A DNA stretch of 64,000 nt from the human T2T-CHM13v2.0 reference genome, Homo sapiens. How positions within the stretch are numbered: the first letter of the stretch is position 1; the number at the start of each line of letters is the position of its first letter. The notes below the pieces were generated by a model, which did no database searches, was not told the origin of the DNA, and saw nothing but the letters and a program-made list of their open reading frames with translations. The translations under genes and the position numbers were made by a program. The stretch is from NCBI RefSeq assembly GCF_009914755.1, contig NC_060933.1; one strand, given 5' to 3'. This document shows, in pieces, positions 52,336 through 64,000 of this stretch.

Positions 52336-55312
52336 TCCGGAATGGAATGGAATGGAATGGAATGGAATGGAATTGAATGGAATGGAATGGAATCAACTCG
52401 ATTGCAATCGAATGGAATGGAATGGAATTAACCCGAATAGAATGGAATGGAATGGAATGGAACGGAACGGAATGGAATGTTATGGAATGGAATGGAATGG
52501 AACGGAACGGAACGGAATGGAATGGAATGGAATGGAATGGAATGGAATGGAATGGAATCAACGCGAGTGCAGGGGAATGGAATGGAATGGAATGCAATGG
52601 AATGGAATCTTCCGGAATGGAATGGAATGGAATGAAATGCAATGGATTCAACTCGATTGCAATGGAATGGAATAGAATGGAATGGAATGGAATGGAATGG
52701 AATGGAATGGAATGGAATGGAATTAACCCGAATAGAATGGAATGGAATGGAACGGAATGGAACGGAATGGAATGGAATGGAATGCAATGGAATGATATGG
52801 AATGGAATGCAATGGTATGGAATAGAATGGAATGGAACGAATTGTAATGGAACGGAATTGAATGGAATGGAATGGAATCAACGCGAGTTTAGGGGAATGT
52901 AATGGAACGGAATGCAATGGAATGGAATCATCCGTAATGGAATGGAATGGAATGGAATGGAATGGAATCAACCCGAGAGCAATGGAATGGAGTGGAATGG
53001 AATGGAATGGAATGGAACAACCCGAAGGGAATGGAATGTAATGGAGAGTAAGGGAGTTGAATAGAATCAATCCGAATGTAATGGAATGGAATGCAACGGA
53101 ATGGAATGGAATGTAATGGAATGGAATGCAATGGAATGGAATCAACCCGAGTACAATGAAATGGAATGGAATGGAATGGAATGGAATGGAACGGAATGGA
53201 ATGGAATGCCTTCAAACCGAATGGAATGGAAAGGAATGGAATCAACACGAATGGAGTGGAATGGAATGGAATGGAATGGAATGGAATGGAATGGAATGGA
53301 ATGATACGGAATAGAATGGAATGGAACAAAATGGAATGGAATGGAATGGAATGGAATGGAATGGAATGGAATGGAATGGAATGGAATCAACCAGAGTGGA
53401 ATGGAAGGGAATGGAATGGAATGGAAACTAATAGAATGGAATCAACCCGAGTGGAATGGAATGGAAAGGACTGGAATGGAAAGGAATGGAATGGAATGGA
53501 ATGGAATGGAATAGAATGGAATGGAATGGAATGGAATCGTTCCGAGTGGAATAGGAGGGAATGTATTCGAGTGGAATGGAAAGGAATGGAATCAACCAGA
53601 GTGGAATGGAAGGGAATGGAATGGAATGGAAACTAATAGAATGGAATCAACCCGAGTGGAATGGAATGGAAAGGACTGGAATGGAAAGGAATGGAATGGA
53701 ATGGAATGGAATGGAATGGAATGGAATGGAATGGAATCAACGCGAGTGCAGGGGAATGGAATGGAATCGAATGGAATGGAATGGAATGGAATGGAATCAA
53801 CCCGAGTGCAGGGGAATGTAATGAAACGGAATGCAATGGAATGGAATCATCCGAAATGGAAAGGAATGGAATGGAATGGAATCAACCCGAGTGCAATGGA
53901 ATGGAGTGGAATGGAATGGAATGGAATGGAACAACCCGAATGGAATGGAATGTAATGGAGATTAAGGGAGTTGAAAAGAATCAATCCGAATGTAATGGAA
54001 TGGAATGGAACGGAATGGAATGGAATGGAATGGAATGGAATGGAATGCAATGTAATGGAAGCAACACGAGTACAATGGAATGGAATGGAATGGAATGGAA
54101 TGGAATGGAATGCAATGGAATGGAATCTTCAGGAATGGAATGGAATGGAATGGAATGGAATGGAATGGAATGGAATGGAATGGAATGCAATGCATTCAAC
54201 TCGATTGTCATGGAATGGAATAGAATGGAATGGAATGGAATGGAATGGAATGGAATGGAATTAAACCGAATAGAATGGAATGGAATGGAATGGAACGGAA
54301 CGGAAAGGAAAGGAAGGGAATGGAATGGAATAGAATGGAATGGAATGGAATGGAATGGAATGGAATTAAACCGAATAGAATGGAAAGGAATGGAATGGAA
54401 TGGAATGGAAAGGAAAGGAAGGGAATGGAATGGAATAGAATGGAATGGAATGGAATCAACGCGAGTGCAGGGGAATGGAATGGAATGGAATGCAATGGAA
54501 TGGAATCTTCCGGAATGGAATGGAATGGAATGGAATGGAATGGAATGGAATTAACCCGAGTGCAATGGAATGGAGTGGAATGGAATGGAATGGAATGGAA
54601 CAACCCGAATGGAATGGAATGTAATGGAGAGTAAGGGAGTTGAATAGAATCAATCCGAATGTAATGGAATGGAATGGAACGGAATGGAATTGAATGGAAT
54701 GGAATGGAATGCAATGGAATGGAATCAACCCGAGTGCAATGGAATGGAGAGGAATGGAATGGAATGGAATGGAAACTACCCGAATGGAATGGAATTGAAT
54801 GTAATGGAGTGTAAGGGAATTGAATAGAATGAATGCGAATGTAATGGAATGGAATGGAACGGAATGGAATGGAATGGAATGGAATGGAATGGAATGGAAT
54901 GGAATGGAATGGAATGCAATGGAATGGAATCAACCCGAGTGCAATCGAATGGAATCGAATGGAAAGGAATGCAATGGAATGGATTCAACTTGAATGGAAT
55001 GGAAAGAATGGAATCAACACGAGTGGAATGGCATGGATTGGAATGGAATGGAATGGAATCAACCCGAGTTCAGGGGAATGGAATGGAATGGAATGCAATG
55101 GAATGGAATCTTCCGTAATGGAATGGAAAGGAATGGAATGGAATGGAATGGAATGGAATCAACTCGATTGCAATCGAATGGAATGGAATGGAATTAACCC
55201 GAATAGAATGGAATGGAATGGAATGGAACGGAACGGAATGGAATGGAATGGAATGGAATGGAATGGAACGGAAAGGAATGGAATGGAATGGAATGGAATG
55301 GAATGGAATGGA

Positions 55313-55670
55313 ATCAAAGCGAGTGCAGGGTAATGGAATGGAATGGAATGCAATGGAATGGAATCTTACGGAATGGAATGGAATGGAATGGAATGGAATG
55401 AAATGCAATGGATTCAACTCGATTGCAATGGAATGGAATAGAATGGAATGGAATGGAATGGAATGGAATGGAATGGAATGGAATGGAATGGAATCAAAGC
55501 GAGTGCAGGGTAATGGAATGGAATGGAATGCAATGGAACGGAATCTTCCGGAATGGAATGGAATGGAATGGAATGGAATGAAATGCAATGGACTCAACTC
55601 GATTGCAATGGAATGGAATAGAATCGAATGGAATGGAATGGAATGGAATGGAATGGAATGGAATTAACCC
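55313..55670 (-). repeat. Local tandem duplication, 180 bp period
   Basis: The otherwise unique motif atcaaagcgagtgcagggtaatgg occurs at 55313 and 55493. Confidence 0.85.
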
Positions 55671-57289
55671 GAATAGAATGTAATGGAATGGAATGGAACG
55701 GAATGGAACCGAATGGAATGGAATGGAATGGTATGGAATGGAATGGAATGGTACGGAATAGAATGGAATAGAACGAATTGTAATGGAATGGAATTGAATG
55801 GAATGGAATGGAATGGAATGGAATCAACGCAAGTGCAGGGGAATGTAATGGAACGGAATGCAATGGAATGGAATCATCCGGAATGGAATGGAAAGGAATG
55901 GAATGGAATCAACCCGAGTGCAATGGAATGGAGTGGAATGGAATGGAATGGAATGGAACAACCCGAATGGAATGGAATGTAATTTAGAGTACGGGAGTTG
56001 AATAGAATCAATCCGAATGTAATGGAATGGAATGCAACGGAATGGAATGGAATGGAATGGAATGGAATGCAATGGAATGGAATCAACCCGAGTACAATGG
56101 AATGGAATGGAATGGAATGGAAAGGACTGGAATGGAATGGAATGGAATGGAATGGAATCAACTCGATAGTAATGGAATGGAATGGAATGGAATGGAATGG
56201 AATGGAATGGAATGGAATGGAATGGAATTAACCCGAATACAATGCAATGGAATGGAATGGAACAGAACGGAATGGAATGGAATGGAATGGAATGGAATGG
56301 AATGGAATGGAATCAACCCGACTGCAGGGGAATGGAATGGAATGGAATGCAATGGAATGGATTCAACTTGAATGGAATGGAAAGAATGGAATCAACACGA
56401 GTGGAATGGCATGGATTGGAATGGAATGGAATGGAATCAACCCGAGTAGAGTGGAATGGAATGGAATGGAATGCAATGGAATGGAATCATCCGTAATGGA
56501 ATGGAATGGAATGGAATGGAATGGAATGGAATGGAATGGAATGGAATCAACTCGATTGCAATCGAATGGAATGGAATGGAATTAACCCGAATAGAATGGA
56601 ATGGAATGGAACGGAACGGAATGGAATGGAATGGAACGGAATGGAAGGGAATGGAATGGAATAGAATGGAATGGAATGGAATCAACGCGAGTGCAGGGGA
56701 ATGGAATGGAATGGAATGCAATGGAATGGAATCTTCCGAAATGGAATGGAATGGAATGGAATGCAATGGAATGGAATCAACCCGAGTGCAATGGAATGGA
56801 GTGGAATGGAACGGAATGGAATGGAACAACCCGAATGGAATGGAATGTAATGGAGAGTAAGGGAGTTGAATAGAATCAATCCGAATGTAATGGAATGGAA
56901 TGGAACGGAATGGAATTGAATGGAATGGAATGGAATGCAATGGAATGGAATAAACCCGAGTGCAATGGAATGGAGAGGAATGGAATGGAATGGAATGGAA
57001 ACTACCCGAATGGAATGGAATGTAATGGAGTGTAAGGGAATTGAATAGAATCAATCAGAATGTAATGGAATGGAATGGAACGGAATGGAATGGAATGGAA
57101 TGGAATGGAATGGAATAGAATGGAATGGAATCAACTCGATTGCAATCGAATGGAATGGAATGGAATTAACCCGAATAGAATGGAATGGAATGGAATGGAA
57201 CGGAACGGAACGGAATGGAATGGATTGGAATGGAATGGAATGGAACGGAAAGGAATGGAATGGAATGGAATGGAATGGAATGGAATCAA

Positions 57290-60200
57290 CGCGAGTGCAG
57301 GGGAATGGAATGGAATGGAATGCAATGGAATGGAATCTTCCGGAATGGAATGGAATGGAATGGAATGGAATGGAATGGAATGGAATAAACCCGAGTGCAA
57401 TGGAATGGAGTGGAATGGAATGGAATGGAATGGAACAACCCGAATTGAATGGAATGTAATGGAGAGCAAGGGAGTTGAATAGAATCAATCCGAATGTAAT
57501 GGAATGGAATGGAACGGAATGGAATTGAATGGAATGGAATGGAATGGAATCAACCCGAGTGCAATGGAATGGAGAGGAATGGAATGGAATGGAATGGAAA
57601 CTACCCGAATGGAATGGAATGTAATGGAGTGTAAGGGAATTGAATAGAATCAATCCGAATGTAATGGAATGGAATGGAACGCAATGGAATGGAATGGAAT
57701 GGAATGGAATGGAATGGAATGGAATGGAATGCAATGTAATGGAATCAACCTGAGTGCAATCGAATGGAATCCAATGGAATGGAATGCAATGAAATGGATT
57801 CAACTTGAATGGAATGGAAAGAATGGAATCAACACGAGTGGAATGGCATGGATTGGAATGGAATGGAATGGAATCAACCCGAGTACAGGGGAATGGAATG
57901 GAATGCAATGCAATGGAATGGAATCATCCGTAATGGAATGGAAAGGAATGGAATGGAATGGAATGGAATGGAATGGAATCAACTCGATTGCAATCGAATG
58001 GAATGGAATGGAATTAACCCGAATAGAATGGAATGGAATGGAATGGAACGGAACGGAATGGAATGGAATGGAATAGAATGGAATGGAACGGAACGGAACG
58101 GAATGGATGGAATGGAATGGAATGGAATGGAATGGAATCAACGCGCGTGCAGGGGAATGGAATGGAATGGAATGCAATGGAATGGAATCTTCCGGAATGG
58201 AATGGAATGGAATGGAATGGAATGAAATGCAATGGATTCAACTCGATTGCAATGGAATGGAATAGAATGGAATGGAATGGAATGGAATGGAATGGAATTA
58301 ACCCGAATAGAATGGAATGGAATGGAATGGAACGGAATGGAACGGAATAGATGGAATGGAATGGAATGGAATGGAATGGAATCAACGCGAGTGCAGGGGA
58401 ATGTAATGGAACGGAATGCAATCGAATGGAATCATCCGGAATGGAATGGAATGGAATGGAATGGAATGGAATGGAATAAACCCGAGTGCAATGGAATGGA
58501 GTGGAATGGAATGGAATGGAATGGAACAACCCGAATGGAATGGAATGTAATGGAGAGTAAGGGAGTTGAATAGAATCAATCCGAATGAAATGGAATGGAA
58601 TGCAACGGAATGGAAAGGAATGGAATGGAATGGAATGGAATGCAATGGAATGGAATCAACCCGAGTACAATGGAATGGAATGGAATGGAATGGAATGGAG
58701 TGGAATGGAATGGAATGGAATGGAATGCCTTCAAACCGAATGGAATGGAAAGTAATGGTATCAACACGAGTGGAATGGAATGGAATGGAATGGAATGCAA
58801 TGGAATGGAATGGAATGATACGGAATAGAATGGAATGCAACGAAATGGAATGGAATGGAATGGAATGGAATGGAATGGAATAGAATGGAATGGAATCGTT
58901 CCGAGTGGAATAGGAGGGAATGTATTCGAGTGGAATGGAAAGGAATGGAATCAACCAGAGTGGAATGGAAGGGAATGGAATGGAATGGAAACTAATAGAA
59001 TGGAATCAACCCGAGTGGAATGGAATGGAAAGGACTGGAATGGAAAGGAATGGAATGGAATGGAATGGAATGGAATGGAATGGAATGGAATGGAATGGAA
59101 TCAACGCGAGTACAGGGGAATGGAATGGAATCGAATGGAATGGAATGGAATGGAATGGAATCAACCCGAGTGCAGGGGAATGTAATGGAACGGAATGCAA
59201 TGGAATGGAATCATCCGGAATGGAATGGAATGGAATGGAATGGAATGGAATGGAATGCAATGGAATGGAATCAACCCGAGTACAATGGAACGGAATGGAA
59301 TGGAATGGAATGGAATGGAATGGAATGGAATGGAATGGAATCAACCCGAGTGCAATGGAATGGAGAGGAATGGAATGGAATGGAATGGAAACTACCCGAA
59401 TGGAATGGAATGTAATGGAGTGTAAGGGAATTGAATAGAATCAATCCGAAAGGAATGGAATGGAACGGAATGTAATGGAATGGAATGGAATGGAATCAAC
59501 CCGAGTGCAGGGGAATGGAATGGAAAGGAATGCAATGGAATGGAATCATCCGGAATGGAATGGAATGGAATGCAATGGAATGGAATGGAATGGAATCAAC
59601 CCGAGTGCAATGGAATGGAGTGGAATGGAATGGAATGGAATGGAAACAACCAGAATGGATTGGAATATAATGGAGTGTAAGGGAATTGAATAGAATCAAT
59701 CTGAATGTAATGAAATGGAATGGAACGGAATGGAATGGAATGGAATGGAATGGAATGGAATGCAATGTAATGGAATCAACCCGAGTGCAATCGAATGGAA
59801 TCGAATGGAATGGAATGCAATGGAATGGATTCAACTTGAATGGAATGGAAAGAATGGAATCAACACGAGTGGAATGGCATGGATTGGAATGGAATGGAAA
59901 GGAATCAACCCGAGTACAGGAGAATGGAATGGAATGGAATGCAATGGAATGGAATCATCCGTAATGGAATGGAAAGGAATGGAATGGAATGGAATCAACT
60001 CGATTGCAATCGAATGGAATGGAATGGAATTAACCCGAATAGAATGGAATGGAATGGAATGGAACGGAACGGAATGGAATGGAATGGAATGGAATGGAAT
60101 GGAATGGAACGGAACGGAATGGAATGGAATGGAATGGAATGGAATCAACGCGAGTGCAGGGGAATGGAATGGAATGGAATGCAATGGAATGGAATCTTCC

Positions 60201-63200
60201 GGAATGGAATGGAATGGAATGGAATGGAATGAAATGCAATGAATTCAAATCGATTGCAATGGAATGGAATAGAATGGAATGGAATGGAATGGAATGGAAT
60301 GGAATTAACCCGAATAGAATGGAATGGAAGGGAATGGAACGGAATGGAACGGAATGGAATGGAATGGAATGGAATGGAATGGAATGGTATGGAATGGAAT
60401 GGAATGGTACGGAATAGAATGTAATGGAACGAATTGTAATGGAATGGAATTGAATGGAATGGAATGGAATGGAATGGAATGGAATCAACGCGAGTGCAGT
60501 GGAATGGAATGGAATGGAATGCAATGGAATGGAATCTTCCGGAATGGAATGGAATGGAATGGAATGGAATGGAATGGAATGGAATAAACCCGAGTGCAAT
60601 GGAATGGAGTGGAATGGAATGGAATGGAATGGAACAACCCGAATTGAATGGAATGTAATGGAGAGCAAGGGAGTTGAATAGAATCAATCCGAATGTAATG
60701 GAATGGAATGGAACGGAATGGAATTGAATGGAATGGAATGGAATGGAATCAACCCGAGTGCAATGGAATGGAGAGGAATGGAATGGAATGGAATGGAAAC
60801 TACCCGAATGGAATGGAATGTAATGGAGTGTAAGGGAATTGAATAGAATCAATCCGAATGTAATGGAATGGAATGGAACGCAATGGAATGGAATGGAATG
60901 GAATGGAATGGAATGGAATGGAATGGAATGCAATGTAATGGAATCAACCTGAGTGTAATCGAATGGAATCCAATGGAATGGAATGCAATGAAATGGATTC
61001 AACTTGAATGGAATGGAAAGAATGGAATCAACACGAGTGGAATGGCATGGATTGGAATGGAATGGAATGGAATCAACCCGAGTACAGGGGAATGGAATGG
61101 AATGGAATGCAATGGAATGGAATCATCCGTAATGGAATGGAAAGGAATGGAATGGAATGGAATGGAATGGAATGGAATCAACTCGATTGCAATCGAATGG
61201 AATGGAATGGAATTAACCCGAATAGAATGGAATGGAATGGAATGGAACGGAACGGAATGGAATGGAATGGAATAGAATGGAATGGAACGGAACGGAACGG
61301 AATGGATGGAATGGAATGGAATGGAATGGAATGGAATCAACGCGCGTGCAGGGGAATGGAATGGAATGGAATGCAATGGAATGGAATCTTCCGGAATGGA
61401 ATGGAATGGAATGGAATGGAATGAAATGCAATGGATTCAACTCGATTGCAATGGAATGGAATAGAATGGAATGGAATGGAATGGAATGGAATTAACCCGA
61501 ATAGAATGGAATGGAATGGAATGGAACGGAATGGAACGGAATAGATGGAATGGAATGGAATTGAATGGAATGGAATCAACGCGAGTGCAGGGGAATGTAA
61601 TGGAACGGAATGCAATCGAATGGAATCATCCGGAATGGAATGGAATGGAATGGAATGGAATGGAATGGAATAAACCCGAGTGCAATGGAATGGAGTGGAA
61701 TGGAATGGAATGGAATGGAACAACCCGAATGGAATGGAATGTAATGGAGAGTAAGGGAGTTGAATAGAATCAATCCGAATGAAATGGAATGGAATGCAAC
61801 GGAATGGAAAGGAATGGAATGGAATGGAATGGAATGCAATGGAATGGAATCAACCCGAGTACAATGGAATGGAATGGAATGGAATGGAATGGAGTGGAAT
61901 GGAATGGAATGGAATGGAATGCCTTCAAACCGAATGGAATGGAAAGTAATGGAATCAACACGAGTGGAATGGAATGGAATGGAATGGAATGGAATGGAAT
62001 GGAATGATACGGAATAGAATGGAATGCAACGAAATGGAATGGAATGGAATGGAATGGAATGGAGTGGAATGGAATCGTTCCGAGTGGAATAGGAGGGAAT
62101 GTATTCGAGTGGAATGGAAAGGAATGGAATCAACCAGAGTGGAATGGAAGGGAATGGAATGGAATGGAAACTAATAGAATGGAATCAACCCGAGTGGAAT
62201 GGAATGGAAAGGACTGGAATGGAAAGGAATGGAATGGAATGGAATGGAATGGAATGGAATGGAATGGAATGGAATCAACGCGAGTGCAGGGGAATGGAAT
62301 GGAATCGAATGGAATGGAATGGAATGGAATGGAATCAACCCGAGTGCAGGGGAATGTAATGGAACGGAATGCAATGGAATGGAATCATCCGGAATGGAAT
62401 GGAATGGAATGGAATGGAATGGAATGCAATGGAATGGAATCAACCCGAGTACAATGGAACGGAATGGAATGGAATGGAATGGAATGGAATGGAATGGAAT
62501 CAACCCGAGTGCAATGGAATGGAGAGGAATGGAATGGAATGGAATGGAAACTACCCGAATGGAATGGAATGTAATGGAGTGTAAGGGAATTGAATAGAAT
62601 CAATCCGAATGGAATGGAATGGAACGGAATGTAATGGAATGGAATGGAATGGAATCAACCCGAGTGCAGGGGAATGGAATGGAAAGGAATGCAATGGAAT
62701 GGAATCATCCGGAATGGAATGGAATGGAATGCAATGGAATGGAATGGAATGGAATCAACCCGAGTGCAATGGAATGGAGTGAAATGGAATGGAATGGAAT
62801 GGAAACAACCAGAATGGATTGGAATATAATGGAGTGTAAGGGAATTGAATAGAATCAATCTGAATGTAATGAAATGGAATGGAACGGAATGGAATGGAAT
62901 GGAATGGAATGGAATGGAATGCAATGTAATGGAATCAACCCGAGTGCAATCGAATGGAATCGAATGGAATGGAATGCAATGGAATGGATTCAACTTGAAT
63001 GGAATGGAAAGAATGGAATCAACACGAGTGGAATGGCATGGATTGGAATGGAATGGAAAGGAATCAACCCGAGTACAGGAGAATGGAATGGAATGGAATG
63101 CAATGGAATGGAATCATCCGTAATGGAATGGAAAGGAATGGAATGGAATGGAATCAACTCGATTGCAATCGAATGGAATGGAATGGAATTAACCCGAATA

Positions 63201-63630
63201 GAATGGAATGGAATGGAATGGAACGGAACGGAATGGAATGGAATGGAATGGAATGGAATGGAATGGAACGGAATGGAATGGAATGGAATGGAATGGAATG
63301 GAATCAACGCGAGTGCAGGGGAATGGAATGGAATGGAATGCAATGGAATGGAATCTTCCGGAATGGAATGGAATGGAATGGAATGGAATGAAATGCAATG
63401 GATTCAAATCGATTGCAATGGAATGGAATAGAATGGAATGGAATGGAATGGAATGGAATGGAATTAACCCGAATAGAATGGAATGGAAGGGAATGGAACG
63501 GAATGGAACGGAATGGAATGGAATGGAATGGTATGGAATGGAATGGAATGGTACGGAATAGAATGTAATGGAACGAATTGTAATGGAATGGAATTGAATG
63601 GAATGGAATGGAATGGAATGGAATGGAATC
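57290..63630 (-). repeat. Tandem higher-order repeat, about 3.16-3.20 kb unit, 2 near-identical copies
   Basis: gaattgaatggaatgtaatggagagcaaggg about 57442/60641, atggatgg about 58103/61302, aacgcgcgtg about 58140/61339, ggaatagatgg about 58344/61538, accagaatggattgg about 59649/62808, ttcaaatcg about 60244/63403. ORF-track twins 57669/60868 are offset by 3199. Confidence 0.9.
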
Positions 63631-64000
63631 AACGCGAGTGCAGGAGAATGTAATGGAATGGAATGCAATGGAATGGAATCATCCGGAATGGAATGGAATG
63701 GAATGGAATCGAATGGAATCAACCCGAGTGCAAAGGAATGGAGTGGAATGGAATGGAATGGAATGGAATGGAACAACCCGAATGGAATGGAATGTAATGG
63801 AGAGTAAGTGAGTTGAATAGAATCAATCCGAATGTAATGGAATGGAATGCAACGGAATGGAATGGAATGGAATGGAATGGAATGCAATGGAATGGAATCA
63901 ACCAGAGTACAATGAAATGGAATGGAATGGAATGGAATGGAATGGAATGCCTTCAAACCGAATGGAATGGAAAGGAATGGAATCAACACGAGTGGAATGG

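Larger units (their letters stand above)
41292..63364. promoter_or_regulatory. Cluster of 15 perfect three-box heat-shock element motifs (GAAtcTTCcgGAA) in the right outer domain
   Basis: First GAA at 41293, 43495, 48455, 50902, 52330, 52605, 54123 (TTCagGAA), 54503, 55541, 57333, 58185, 60192, 60532, 61384 and 63351. Motif match only. Confidence 0.6.
35755..64000 (-). repeat. Satellite III (HSat3) array, inverted: G-rich (GGAAT)n on + strand
   Basis: Continuous GGAAT pentamers with CAACCCGAGT, CAACTCGAT and TTAACCCGAA spacers, which are the reverse complements of the left-arm motifs. Confidence 0.97.

Noticed and set aside
1-64000. Hundreds of ORFs up to 397 aa (IPFHS and MEWNG repeats)
   Set aside because: Three pentamers make 15 nt and 5 codons with no stop on either strand, so long overlapping ORFs in all frames are expected. 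No domain, splice or codon evidence supports a gene.
1-64000. CRISPR-like repeat-spacer appearance
   Set aside because: The spacers are recurrent variants of one decamer rather than unique sequences, the repeat length is variable, and there are no cas genes.
1-64000. Firm assignment to human chr9q12 (HSat3B5) or to DYZ1
   Set aside because: An internal inversion and CAACCCGAGT-rich spacers are compatible with chr9, and no regular 3.5-3.6 kb DYZ1 period is seen. Subfamily, chromosome and species cannot be fixed without k-mer comparison.
35755-64000. Telomeric repeats or canonical G-quadruplex motifs on the G-rich strand
   Set aside because: No TTAGGG arrays are present. G runs are mostly GG, and GGG tracts are isolated.

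Overview
The whole 64 kb is classical Satellite III (HSat3-type) pericentromeric DNA of human or great-ape type. It consists of (CATTC)n/(GGAAT)n pentamers interrupted by CpG-bearing spacer motifs such as ACTCGGGTTG and ATCGAGTTG. I see no genes, transposon fragments or unique sequence, and every listed ORF is a pentamer artefact (IPFHS / MEWNG repeats). The window is nonetheless strongly structured. (1) A single clean strand switch at about 35,755 changes the + strand from C-rich to G-rich, with a 2-bp GG microhomology and a 17-bp perfect hairpin. (2) A distinct HSat3 variant domain (about 24.0-40.96 kb) straddles the switch, flanked on both sides by a second, shared variant. The arms are shuffled mosaics of each other rather than mirror images. 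(3) Duplications are nested at many scales: 60-405 bp, about 2.4-2.7 kb, 3.2 kb, 7.2 kb, 7.9 kb and 9.6 kb. (4) About 27 perfect three-box heat-shock elements (TTCnnGAAnnTTC) lie in the outer domains, with none seen in the roughly 20.8 kb around the junction. All matches and counts were made by eye and should be confirmed computationally. Assignment to the chr9q12 array is only a guess.
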